Below the pieces are notes generated by a model that did not search any database, was not told the origin of the DNA, and saw nothing but the letters and a program-made list of their open reading frames with translations. The position numbers and the translations under genes are program-made. Below are positions 18,286-28,700 of a stretch of 43,091 nt of DNA, piece after piece. Numbering within the stretch: position 1 is the stretch's first letter; each line of letters opens with the position of its first letter. This DNA is from Flavobacteriales bacterium (GTDB lineage Bacteria > Bacteroidota > Bacteroidia > Flavobacteriales_D > Crocinitomicaceae): the NCBI GenBank assembly GCA_947476515.1, contig CANJQZ010000001.1, positions 1 to 43,091 of the forward strand, read 5' to 3'.

Positions 18286-19150
18286 AAAAATTAAACCATT
18301 GTGTTGGATTAGAAGTCACCATTTCTTCTAGTTTTAACACATAAGACTCTGCTATTTCTTCTGGTGAATTGTAATCCAAATGTGGTGTTGTTGCACTTAA
18401 ATTATAATGAGTTCCTTGTCCTTTTACTGCAAAAACAAAACTTATAGGGACTTTAAATTTGTATGCCATAATAAAAGGTCCTGCCGGAAATTTTGCAATT
18501 CCTTTTAAAAATTTCATACTGAAATATTTTTGATCATGCAGCAGTCTATCAGCATGGAGTGCAATGATTTCGTTTCTTTTCAATGCTTGATGAATTAACA
18601 CTAAATGCGACATATCATTTTTTAAAGGAATTAAATTATAATGGTTAACATCTGTAGATTTAGAAAGATAAGATTTTATTTTTTCTACCTCAGCATCTAG
18701 CATAAGAATATTAATTTTAGAAGTGATTCTTTCGCCAATTAAATTACCCGCATTTTCCCAATTACCCACATGCCCTGAAAACAAAAAACTTCCTTTTCCC
18801 AAATCGTACATATCCTTCAATGCCTGTTCATTTTCGAAATTATGGGAGTAATGAATATGCTTTTTAGTTTTTAAAGCTATTCGATCGATAAGAACTCTAC
18901 CAAAAATATTGAAGTTTTTAATGGTATTAATTATTGCCTTTCCCTTTGACAATTCAAAACCAGTTTGATAAAACTTAATTAATGCATTTCTATTTTTCCT
19001 TGAAAAAAGGACAAAATAAGTTGCCACCCAAATACAAAAGAAATATGAAATCCTAATTCCTAAAAAATTTATACAAAAAACAAAAAATTTATAACCTAAA
19101 AGGGAACCTTTTGTTTTACCATCCCACTTTTGATTTACGGTTTTAGACAT
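18266..19150 (-). CDS. LpxL/HtrB-family lysophospholipid (lipid A-type) acyltransferase
   Basis: N-terminal TM helix. HX4(D/E) motif in the LpxL-typical form GHVGNWEN. Confidence 0.75.
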   Translation of the reverse strand: MSKTVNQKWDGKTKGSLLGYKFFVFCINFLGIRISYFFCIWVATYFVLFSRKNRNALIKFYQTGFELSKGKAIINTIKNFNIFGRVLIDRIALKTKKHIHYSHNFENEQALKDMYDLGKGSFLFSGHVGNWENAGNLIGERITSKINILMLDAEVEKIKSYLSKSTDVNHYNLIPLKNDMSHLVLIHQALKRNEIIALHADRLLHDQKYFSMKFLKGIAKFPAGPFIMAYKFKVPISFVFAVKGQGTHYNLSATTPHLDYNSPEEIAESYVLKLEEMVTSNPTQWFNFYDYYAS

Positions 19151-19397
19151 TCATTAATTTTTGTTCCACTAGGTTGTAAAAATCGTTAAAGGTTGCAACG
19201 GTTTTGAAATCTTCAGCTGTCGGTTTAAATCCTAAATTTTCTTCAATCAAGACTACTAAATCAACATAATCAAGACTATCTAAATCAAGTGTATCTCTCA
19301 AATTTCCATCATCTTCAATGGTTTCAATATCTACTTCAAATTCTTCTGAAAGGAACTTTTTAGTAACACTTATAATCTCTGATCTCTCCATTTTCAT
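19143..19397 (-). CDS. acyl carrier protein
   Basis: 84 aa with LDLDSLDYVDL motif. Confidence 0.9.
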   Translation of the reverse strand: MKMERSEIISVTKKFLSEEFEVDIETIEDDGNLRDTLDLDSLDYVDLVVLIEENLGFKPTAEDFKTVATFNDFYNLVEQKLMNV

Positions 19398-19404
19398 AGG
19401 GTAA

Positions 19405-20628
19405 TTAAGGTTTATATTTTTTTATTATCAACGAAGAATTAGTTCCTCCAAAACCAAATGAATTGGAAAGAAAACAATCAATCTTTTTTTCATTAAACTG
19501 AGGAACTACATTTATTTTTCGAGAATCTTCGTCCGGATTTTCAAAGTTAATATTTGGGGCAATAAAATCATTTTTCATCATCAATAACGAATAAACTATT
19601 TCACTTGCTCCTGCCATCCAGCATTCATGTCCTGTCATTCCTTTGGTCGAACTAACAGGGACTTTCGAGCCAAATACATCAGCGATAACCTGTGCTTCTG
19701 TTTTATCACCTACTATAGTTGATGTAGCATGAGCATTGATATAATCAATTTCTGAAGGATTTATTCCTGCATGTTTTAAGGACATATTCAAAGATCTAAA
19801 CTGTCCATCAAAATTTGGATTTGAAATATGGTCTCCATTGGAAGAGAAGCCATAACCTACAATTTCACCATAGATAGGCGCATTGCGTTTTAAGGCTGAC
19901 TCTAATGACTCAATAATTACTGTTGCTGCTCCTCCGGAGGGTACCAATCCATCGCGATCACGATCAAAAGGACGACTCGCTTTTTGAGGTTGATCTTGAT
20001 TCATGGAAAACGCTCCTAATCCATCAAAACTGCCCATTGCAAAAATGTTTATTTCTTGGGCTCCACCGCAAATCACTCTTTCTTGTAGACCTTGTTTTAT
20101 GAGCAGATAACCCATTCCTATTGAATGAGATCCAGAAGCACATGCAGCTGACAAAGTGATATTTATTCCTTTTAATTTATAAATTGTAGATAGATTCATG
20201 TTGATTGTGCAATTCATATTTTGAAAAATATCACCACTTCCAATCAAGGTTGTATCTTTTTTTTCTCTTACTTTATCGATTGTTTCAATAACTGCTCCAG
20301 CAGTAGAATCATTTCCAAAGATGATTCCGGTTTCATTTTTCTCCAGATAATCTACATCCAAATTTGAATTTTCAAGCGCCTCTTTGGTTGACATATAGGC
20401 AAACATTGCTGGCTGATGCATACCCATGCGTTCTCTACGAGAAAGAAATGGTTTTAAATCAGGATCTTTTACAAATCCTGTTAAACTCGATCTATATCCA
20501 AATTCTTTTCTCATTGGATCATAAATAATACCACTATTCCCTTTCATAAGAGCGTCTAAAACTTCATTTAAATTTTCTCCGATGCAAGAATAGATACCAA
20601 TGCCAGTTATTACGACCCTATGTTCCAT
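19405..20628 (-). CDS. beta-ketoacyl-ACP synthase (FabB/FabF-like, Cys-His-His), no adjacent degenerate partner
   Basis: LSAACASGSHSI, NAHATSTIVGD, MTGHECWMAG, SNSFGFGGTN. Confidence 0.9.
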   Translation of the reverse strand: MEHRVVITGIGIYSCIGENLNEVLDALMKGNSGIIYDPMRKEFGYRSSLTGFVKDPDLKPFLSRRERMGMHQPAMFAYMSTKEALENSNLDVDYLEKNETGIIFGNDSTAGAVIETIDKVREKKDTTLIGSGDIFQNMNCTINMNLSTIYKLKGINITLSAACASGSHSIGMGYLLIKQGLQERVICGGAQEINIFAMGSFDGLGAFSMNQDQPQKASRPFDRDRDGLVPSGGAATVIIESLESALKRNAPIYGEIVGYGFSSNGDHISNPNFDGQFRSLNMSLKHAGINPSEIDYINAHATSTIVGDKTEAQVIADVFGSKVPVSSTKGMTGHECWMAGASEIVYSLLMMKNDFIAPNINFENPDEDSRKINVVPQFNEKKIDCFLSNSFGFGGTNSSLIIKKYKP

Positions 20629-20631
20629 ATA

Positions 20632-21363
20632 TCATGAATAAATTCCGCCATTAATATTAATTACTTCTCCAGTAATATAAGCTGCTTTATCTGAAGCCAA
20701 AAAACTTGCTAAATGCGCGACCTCTTCGGCTTTTCCAAAGCGATTTGCTGGCACCATTTTTTTCATCTCCGATTCATCAAAATCTTTAGTCATATCAGAA
20801 ATAATAAAACCAGGTGCTATCGCATTAACGGTGATATTTCTTTTCGCTATTTCATGAGACAATGCTTTAGTAGCAGCGATCATTGCACCTTTTGCTGCTG
20901 AATAATTTGTTTGACCAGGAACCCCTTTCAAACCACTTAATGAAGCAATATTTATAATTCTTCCAGAACGCTTTCTCAACATTTTTGAAATTACCGCATG
21001 GGTACAATTATACATTCCTTTAACGGAAGTATTGAATACATCGTCCCAATCTTTTTCACTAATCCAAGGGAATAAATTATCTCTTGTAATTCCGGCATTA
21101 TTCACCAAAACCTCTATGTTTTTATCTGCATTATCAGCAAACCAAGTTTCAATCGCAAGATTCACTTCTTCACTATTTTTAACATCAAATGGCAATAATT
21201 CTGCACTACCTCCTTGACTTTCAATCGCTAACTTTGTTTCCAAAGCAGCTTCCTTATTAGAAGCGTAATTGATAAGAATATGTAACTTTAAATCGGCCGA
21301 TAACTGCAATGCAATTGCCTTACCAATCCCCCTTGAAGCACCTGTAATTAATGCGCATTTCAT
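20632..21363 (-). CDS. fabG: 3-oxoacyl-ACP reductase (SDR, FabG-type)
   Basis: TGASRGIGKAIA cofactor motif, NNAG, catalytic YSAAK. Its start overlaps the ammonia-lyase stop (ATGA). Confidence 0.9.
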   Translation of the reverse strand: MKCALITGASRGIGKAIALQLSADLKLHILINYASNKEAALETKLAIESQGGSAELLPFDVKNSEEVNLAIETWFADNADKNIEVLVNNAGITRDNLFPWISEKDWDDVFNTSVKGMYNCTHAVISKMLRKRSGRIINIASLSGLKGVPGQTNYSAAKGAMIAATKALSHEIAKRNITVNAIAPGFIISDMTKDFDESEMKKMVPANRFGKAEEVAHLASFLASDKAAYITGEVININGGIYS

Positions 21364-22895
21364 AGTTTCGTTGCAGTATTAGTTAATAATTTAATAATAT
21401 TACGAATATTTTCAAATTGCGCAATATCTTCTTCAATACTTGGCATTACTTTTCTAATTGTAGTGAAAATTTCCTTAGTTTTTGGAGAAAGTCTTGCTTT
21501 TTGATCTTCACTCAATAAATCAATGGCTTGACATACGGCAATCATATGAATCGCCATAACTTGAAAACCATTATCAATAACTTTTTTTGTAATAATTGCA
21601 CTATTTGTTCCCATACTTACGATATCTTGATTATCATTGTTGTTGGGTATACTATGCACATACATGGAGTTGGACAGCATTTGACTTTCAGCAGTGGTAG
21701 ATGTTGCTGTAAATTGCATTCCTTGAATTCCAAAATTTAATCCTAAGACTCCTTGATTCAAGAATGCCGGGAATTGATCATTTAAATTGTTATTGAGTAG
21801 GAAGTTTAATTGTCGTTCAGCCAACATTGTCATTTTGGTAACTACCAATTTAACTTTATCCATTTCTAATGAAACATAATCGCCATGAAAGTTTCCGCCA
21901 TGGTAAACATTTTGATCTTCAACACTAATAATTGGATTATCATTAGATGAATTCATTTCATTTTCAATAACATTTTTAGCGAAATCTAAAGTCTCTTTTA
22001 CTGGACCCAAAATTTGAGGGACGCATCTAATGGAATAATATTCTTGAATTTTCTTTTGAAATTTGACTTGTTTAAGCACATCATTGTCTAAAAATAATTC
22101 TTCTCTATTTTTGATTAACTTACTTGCCGACAATAAAGTACGCATTTCCTTAGCAACATACATTTGTCCAGGGTGGTGCTTTACCTTATTTAATCCTTCT
22201 GAAAAAGAATCGTCATAAGCCTCAACAATTTCATTAATTATGGCTGATGCAATAATTCCCCAGTTTAACAATCGATAGGAGTAGATTAAATTAATAGCTC
22301 CAATTCCCGTCATACAAGAGGTGCCATTCATTAGTCCCAAACCATCTCGCAATTGAATCTTTAGAGGTTTAATAGACAATTCATTAAGAACATCTATGGT
22401 AGGTCTTCGAACACCCTTATAGCGAACATAACCCTCTCCAATTAAATTCAATGCTAAATGCGCTAATTGAACCAAATCCCCGCTTGCTCCTACCCCACCA
22501 TGCTCAAAAATTTCTGGATAAATTTCATTGTTAAGAAATTCCGTTAATTGTTCAATTGCACCATAACTGATTCCAGAGTTTCCTTGAATGAAATTATTAA
22601 TTCTTGCTACTAGAACTGCTCTTACACTTTCGTCATCAATTGGTTTACCTAATCCAGAAGAGTGACTTCTAATTAAATTATATTGAAGTTGGTTTAATTT
22701 ATCATCATCAATTTTGAACTGAGCCATTGGGCCAAAACCCGTGTTAATTCCATAAATAATCTTATCACTAGAAAAATCCTTTAAAAATGAAAAAGATTTA
22801 TTAATCTGATTTTTTAATTGATCATTTAACGCTAACTTCTCTAGATTTAAAGCTATATTTTCAACATCTCTTAAATCAACTTTACCTATACTCAT
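21360..22895 (-). CDS. MIO-dependent aromatic amino-acid ammonia-lyase (tyrosine ammonia-lyase by context; HAL-like by motif)
   Basis: MIO-forming GGVGA137-S-G139DL (22479-22487), NTGFGP, and YSIRCVPQ. Overall it closely resembles my recollection of the flexirubin-cluster TAL of Flavobacterium johnsoniae. Confidence 0.85.
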   Translation of the reverse strand: MSIGKVDLRDVENIALNLEKLALNDQLKNQINKSFSFLKDFSSDKIIYGINTGFGPMAQFKIDDDKLNQLQYNLIRSHSSGLGKPIDDESVRAVLVARINNFIQGNSGISYGAIEQLTEFLNNEIYPEIFEHGGVGASGDLVQLAHLALNLIGEGYVRYKGVRRPTIDVLNELSIKPLKIQLRDGLGLMNGTSCMTGIGAINLIYSYRLLNWGIIASAIINEIVEAYDDSFSEGLNKVKHHPGQMYVAKEMRTLLSASKLIKNREELFLDNDVLKQVKFQKKIQEYYSIRCVPQILGPVKETLDFAKNVIENEMNSSNDNPIISVEDQNVYHGGNFHGDYVSLEMDKVKLVVTKMTMLAERQLNFLLNNNLNDQFPAFLNQGVLGLNFGIQGMQFTATSTTAESQMLSNSMYVHSIPNNNDNQDIVSMGTNSAIITKKVIDNGFQVMAIHMIAVCQAIDLLSEDQKARLSPKTKEIFTTIRKVMPSIEEDIAQFENIRNIIKLLTNTATKL

Positions 22896-22906
22896 TTATT
22901 AACAAA

Positions 22907-23956
22907 TTAATTCAGTTTTACTTCTAAAATTGTATGAAAACTATCTTGATGCAAATCATGCTCTTTAACGCATTTGAGTCCTGCTTTTTCTATGATGTAT
23001 TTCAAGGTTCTAGAAGAATACATTCTACTATTTCCATTTGCCATAGCTGTAAAATACAGGGAAGTAGCTGCAAGACTTAATTTAGCTGCGGGAAATACTT
23101 GATCATCTAAGAATGTCTCCATTATAAATATCGTAGCATTTTCAGATGCATTTTCTTTAATTTTAAGTAAGATAGACTCTATTTCATGTTCACTGAAACA
23201 ATCTAAGAATTGACTCATCCAATAAACATCTGCACCTGCTGGAATAACGGAGGATTGATTTAACATATCAATTTCCTGAAAGGTTACGCGGTCTTTTATG
23301 GCGTCTATTTTCTCAATATTTGATTTCGCAACCTTTACTTGACCTGGTAAATCAAAGATTTTAACTTGCACGAGACTATCGAAATTAGCACTAGCAATTG
23401 CCCATTTACCAGTATTTCCTCCAATATCAAATATCATTTTAGGTTTATTTTTAAAAATAACATCTAAAGCATCTGAAAATGAATTATCGGAATAAAAATG
23501 ATCAAAATCAAACCAAGATTTTTTAACCATTGGAGGTAATTCAGACAAGCCTTCATAAATTGTTTTCCAATCACCGAAAACTTTTAATCCTTCTGGTGAA
23601 GCATCCACAATGGAATCTTTTAAATAGAACAAGCCATTATAACAAACATCTTGAGTAAATTTCAAATTCACTTGTGTCATTTCATCGCGTAAAATAAAAT
23701 ATCCGATTTTGGAAAGGATAAATTTACCCGGAGAAATTTCATCTACTATGCCCGCTGATTCAGCCATTTCTACTAAAACAGTTACGCCATATTTTGAAAC
23801 ATTTGTTTCTCTTGAAATTTGATCAAAATCTAAACCTTCATTAGAATTGTTTATGGCATCTAATATGCCTAATTCTATCATGGAATATACCGTTTGAAAA
23901 ATGAAAGGGCTAAAAACGATTTTTTGAGCCTCGTAAAGTGCTGAAATGGCTTTCAT
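22907..23956 (-). CDS. class I SAM-dependent methyltransferase (O-methyltransferase family-2 architecture)
   Basis: N-terminal winged-helix-like dimerisation region followed by SAM motif I MIFDIGGNTGKW. Confidence 0.75.
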   Translation of the reverse strand: MKAISALYEAQKIVFSPFIFQTVYSMIELGILDAINNSNEGLDFDQISRETNVSKYGVTVLVEMAESAGIVDEISPGKFILSKIGYFILRDEMTQVNLKFTQDVCYNGLFYLKDSIVDASPEGLKVFGDWKTIYEGLSELPPMVKKSWFDFDHFYSDNSFSDALDVIFKNKPKMIFDIGGNTGKWAIASANFDSLVQVKIFDLPGQVKVAKSNIEKIDAIKDRVTFQEIDMLNQSSVIPAGADVYWMSQFLDCFSEHEIESILLKIKENASENATIFIMETFLDDQVFPAAKLSLAATSLYFTAMANGNSRMYSSRTLKYIIEKAGLKCVKEHDLHQDSFHTILEVKLN

Positions 23957-24099
23957 TTAAAATTATGCTACGATTAATATAAAACTAGAATTACAATTTT
24001 TGCAAATAAGAAATGCAAGATAGTAAATATTTATGCAGTAGATACAAAAAACCCAATAAACTTCTCTATTTAATGTTCCTTTTATTATCTTTGGTCTCT

Positions 24100-25692
24100 A
24101 TGGTAAATAAAGATTTTGATGTAATTATTATTGGAGCAGGAATTAGTGGTCTAACTGCCGCCGCTTTACTTTCAAAATCTGGTCTTAAAGTTTGTGTATT
24201 AGAAAGGCACTATTTAATCGGAGGATATTTACAAGGATTCGATCGGCAAGATTTTGTATTTGACACAGCCATTCATTGGTTAAATCAGTGTGGTGAAAAC
24301 GGCACCGTTACAAAAGTATTCAAGTATTTAGGGGAAGATTTCCCTAAGCCAGTTACCATGAAATCGATTCACAAGCACATAACCAGTGATTATGAATTTG
24401 TTTTAACCAATAATCCTGAAATATTAAAAAATCAATTAATTCATGATTTTCCTCATGAAGAGAAAGGCATAGAAAAATTTTTTAAAGCTGCTCGAAAGGT
24501 TGCTGAAGTATCGAATAAATTTCCGAAATTTTTCATTAGCAATGAAGCAATGAGTGGTATTCGAAAATGGACTTTTAGCTTAAAACAATTGCATATTATT
24601 TATCCTCTCATTAAATATGCTTTGTACGGAGGAGAAAAAGGTGTAAAAAAAGGATTGAGAAAATTTTTCAAGGATGAAAGAATGTTGAATTTGTTTTGTT
24701 CGGAGCCAGATCTTCTTTCTTGTCTTTTTCCTATTGCATGGGCGTATAATCAAGATTATCAAAATCCACCTATAGGAGGAAGTAAGGTGATCCCTGCATG
24801 GCTTGAGTCGAAAATATCTAAAAATGGCTCTGAAGTTATATTGAGTGCAGAAGTAGTTAATATCGCTATTGAAAATAATGAATTCAGAGGTGTAACTTAT
24901 AAAAAAAGACACAAAGAATATTCTTTAACTGCAAGCCATTTAATCGCAGCTTGTGATATAGACACAGTATACAATAAACTTTTACCCCCTGCAGCAGTTC
25001 CTCAAAAGCTGAAAACAACCATAGATAATTCTGAGCTTTATAGTTCATCTCTTACTATTTCAATAGCGCTCAATTGTACTGCAGAATCACTCGGTTTTGG
25101 CGATGTAATGCTTTATGTTTTTAATGAGGAAACAGCCAGGACCGAACATATTTCAGGAGATCCGCACAAATCATTCATCAGTATTTTAGCGCCGACAGTA
25201 AGAGATAAAACATTAGCACCCGAAAATAAAGGCACTTTAAATATTTTTGTTCCTGCTTGGATGAATTATGAAGATAATTGGAAAACAACGATTAATGCAA
25301 AAGGAGAATTTGTTCGCACTGATGCGTATAAAAAATTAAAAGAAGATTTCGCTCAAATAATTTTTGAAAGAATTGAAGGTAAAATTTGTCCCAATCTAAG
25401 AGAGCATATACTTTTTTACGAGGTTGCAACTCCTATTACTTATCACAGATACACCCATAACAAAGATGGTTCTATGATGGGAACAAGGCCAGGAAAGGTA
25501 AATATGAAATCAAAAGTTGCTCATTATAAATCTCCTGTTAAGAATCTTTTCATTGGTGGACATTGGGCTGAACTTGGAGGTGGTGTCCCTATTGCGGTAA
25601 AAGCAGCTTATAATTCAAGCTTAATGGTACTAAAAGACTTAAACAAGAATGCCTATAAAGAGCTCTTGAAGTACCCAAAAACATGGCTTTAA
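24100..25692 (+). CDS. FAD/NAD(P)-binding oxidoreductase, phytoene-desaturase (CrtI)-like
   Basis: Rossmann motif DVIIIGAGISGLTAA. The ATG at 24100 puts it 7 residues from the N-terminus. An exact TAnnTTTG (TATCTTTG, 24086-24093) sits just upstream. The track start at 24013 would add 29 atypical residues. Confidence 0.75.
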   Translation: MVNKDFDVIIIGAGISGLTAAALLSKSGLKVCVLERHYLIGGYLQGFDRQDFVFDTAIHWLNQCGENGTVTKVFKYLGEDFPKPVTMKSIHKHITSDYEFVLTNNPEILKNQLIHDFPHEEKGIEKFFKAARKVAEVSNKFPKFFISNEAMSGIRKWTFSLKQLHIIYPLIKYALYGGEKGVKKGLRKFFKDERMLNLFCSEPDLLSCLFPIAWAYNQDYQNPPIGGSKVIPAWLESKISKNGSEVILSAEVVNIAIENNEFRGVTYKKRHKEYSLTASHLIAACDIDTVYNKLLPPAAVPQKLKTTIDNSELYSSSLTISIALNCTAESLGFGDVMLYVFNEETARTEHISGDPHKSFISILAPTVRDKTLAPENKGTLNIFVPAWMNYEDNWKTTINAKGEFVRTDAYKKLKEDFAQIIFERIEGKICPNLREHILFYEVATPITYHRYTHNKDGSMMGTRPGKVNMKSKVAHYKSPVKNLFIGGHWAELGGGVPIAVKAAYNSSLMVLKDLNKNAYKELLKYPKTWL

Positions 25693-25733
25693 TTTTATTA
25701 AACCAACAGGAATTATAAGTAATATTTCATATA

Positions 25734-28700
25734 ATGGGTAAGTTATTCGCAAATATTGTTCGCTATTTCATTTCAAAACCTTTATTTTTCTGGGTTTTGT
25801 TTTCAGGAATTCTTTTTATTTTAATTAATGGAATATTACGATTAAATATTAATGAGGACTTATATTCTGTATTTCCCAAAAGCCATGAATACAAAAAATT
25901 TAATACGCTAATTCAAGAAAATGCTATCAACAAACAAATTGTTTTTTCTATAGATGCAAGCGAAAATACCGATCTACTTGAAGAACAATTGGATCAATTA
26001 AAAACTGAACTTTCAAATAAATTTAAGCAAAGGATTAATGACATTACAATTTATAGAAATGTCGATGAAAAAAACTTAATTAACTATTTACAAAAAACAT
26101 CAGTTCTCTCACTCACAGAGAAGGATTATGATGAAATAGAGAGAAAACTAAATCAAGATTCAATTGAAGTTAAGTTAAAAAAGGTAGCTGAAAAGCTAAG
26201 AGGTGGGAATGGTTTCTTTTTGAAAAGTTTTTTTGCTCTTGACCCCTTAGGCTTAACTTTCCAACAAATAGATAAAGTAAAACCTAAGCAAGGGAAACAA
26301 TCTTATACTGTTAAAGACGGACTAATCTACACAAAGAACGAAAAGCGCATATTATTTTTCGGTTTCATCGCGGGTGATTCAAAGGACATTAAAATGCTAG
26401 ATGAACTCAATACAGATCTTAATAATTTTAAGAAAAGGATTAATATTAGAGCGAAAATAAATTTTGATTATTTCGGAACCTTTCAAATTGCAGTTGAAAA
26501 CGCAAATCAAGTCAAGGCCGACACTTATTTAACATCCTTTTTAAGTATTGGATTAATCATTTTACTTTTAGTAATTTATTACAAAAGTATACTTGCTCCA
26601 TTCTATTTTATTCTGCCGGCACTTTTCGGCATCTTAAGTGGCGTTGGAATGGTGGGATATATTGAACCCAACATAAGTGCCATATCTCTTGCAACATCCT
26701 CCGTTTTAATTGGAATCGTTTTGGATTATTCTTTCCATTTTTTCACCCATTATAAACACACAGGTGATTTACTATTAACAATAAAGGAAATTAGTTCACC
26801 AATGATTGTTGGCAGTTTTACAACCGTTGCTGCTCTAGCTGCTTTACTTTTTGCTGATTCAGTAATACTTCAGAATTTTGGATTGATTGCTCTTTTTACT
26901 TTAGTAGGTTCAGTGCTCTTTACACTTTTACTTCAACCTATATTATTTTCAATACTGAAACTAAAAATTCCTACTTCAACATTAAAGACTAAAAACAAGA
27001 AAACACCAAAACTATTTTTAAGATTAGGTTTCTTATTGGTAGGGATAATCACTTGCATGTCTTTGCTGACAGGCTTAAAAATTTCATTTGATGCAGATTT
27101 AAATAACCTTTCGTTTCATTCCAATGAATTGAAAGAAAAAGAAGATATTTTCACTGGAATTAATCCTGGGGAAGAAAAAAAATTCTACATCATTTCGTCT
27201 CAAAAATCATTCGAAAAGGGAAAAGAATCAAATTATCAAGTTTATGATTCCATCAATCGCTATCGCGAAAATTTAAAAATAAGCGAGTTCATTACCACAG
27301 CACCCTATTTACCACCCATTAGTAAAATAAATGCTTCTTATGAGAATTGGATTTCCTTTTGGTCATCCAAACAAGAAAATGTAAAAGCAAGCATAACTGT
27401 AGTTTCGAAAGACCTCAATTTATCAGAAAACGCCTTCAATCCTTTTTATAATTGGATGAAAAAAAATCCTTTTGACACATCACAAGGCAAGACTTTAATG
27501 GATGAAATTGGTTTGTCTAAACTTAGTTATTATAGCAATGGCAAACATACCTTTATCACAAGTATTGTTATTGAAAGAGATAAGTTACAGGAATGTAAAG
27601 ACCTGTTAAACACAATTCCACATATTTATATTTTAGATATTTCAGACATGACGGAACTGATGCTTAACTCCGTGCAAAAAGACTTTAATTTTTTACTTAT
27701 TTATTCAGCTCTTTTAGTTTTTCTTACTCTTTTATTAATTTATGGAAGAATTGAACTTGCTTTATTTGCCTTTTTACCTTTAATTCTTGGCTGGATATGG
27801 ATTTTAGGAATAACGAATTTTTTCGATATTAAATTCAATTTTGTAAATATCGTCATTACTACCTTTATCTTCGGTTTGGGAGATGATTTTAGTATTTTCA
27901 CTACAGACGGATTAATACAACAATTTAGGACTGGAAACGCGTCCTATAAATCATATCGATCAGCAATTGTACTCTCTGGATTGACGACAATATTTGGGAC
28001 GGGAGTGTTATTTTTTGCAAAACACCCTGCTATTCATTCGATAGCATTAATAAGTGTTGTGGGTATTTCTACGATAATGCTCATCACATTATTTCTACAG
28101 CCCTATATTTTTAACCTATTCGTTTTTAAGAGAATAAAGAAAAAAAGAAATCCCATTACATTTTTTACCTTACTTTTTAGCATCATTTTATTCTGTTACT
28201 TTTTTGTTGGAAGTATTGTTTTAACTCTTTTTCTAATAATCATTTTATTTCCACTTCCAATCAAAAAAGTAAAAAAACAAGCTTTTCTGAATTATCTCAT
28301 TTCTAAATTAGTAAAAACCGTTATTTATTTTGGCTTCCATCTTAAAAAACGCATATTTATCGACGAAATTGATTTTAAAAAACCTAAAATTATTGTTGCC
28401 AACCACACTTCTTTTCTTGATATTTTATTGGTCTTAATGATCCACCCAAAGACCATAATAATGGTGAAAAGTTGGGTCTACTATTCGCCGGTTTTTGGCT
28501 TATTTATTCGCTATGCAGGTTTTCCATATACGAAAGATGGGGCTTCAATGAATCTTGTTGAAATTCAAAAAAGAATTGATGAAGGATATTCTATCGTAAT
28601 ATTTCCAGAAGGAACAAGAAGTGTCGACGGAGAAATGAAGCGTTTTCACAAAGGGGCATTTTTTATGGCACAAGAACTTAAATTAGACATACAACCATTA

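Noticed and set aside
21360-22895. Reading the ammonia-lyase as a catabolic histidase (hutH).
   Set aside because: No hutU, hutI or hutG is nearby. The gene is translationally coupled to fabG inside a KS/ACP operon. I keep the HAL-like Ser-His dyad as a caveat in the findings.
23957-24099. A promoter for the main minus-strand pigment operon in the divergent region. I looked for CAAAnnTA, the reverse complement of TAnnTTTG.
   Set aside because: No exact match on the minus strand. Only the plus-strand TATCTTTG (24086-24093) fits, so I did not call a minus-strand promoter.
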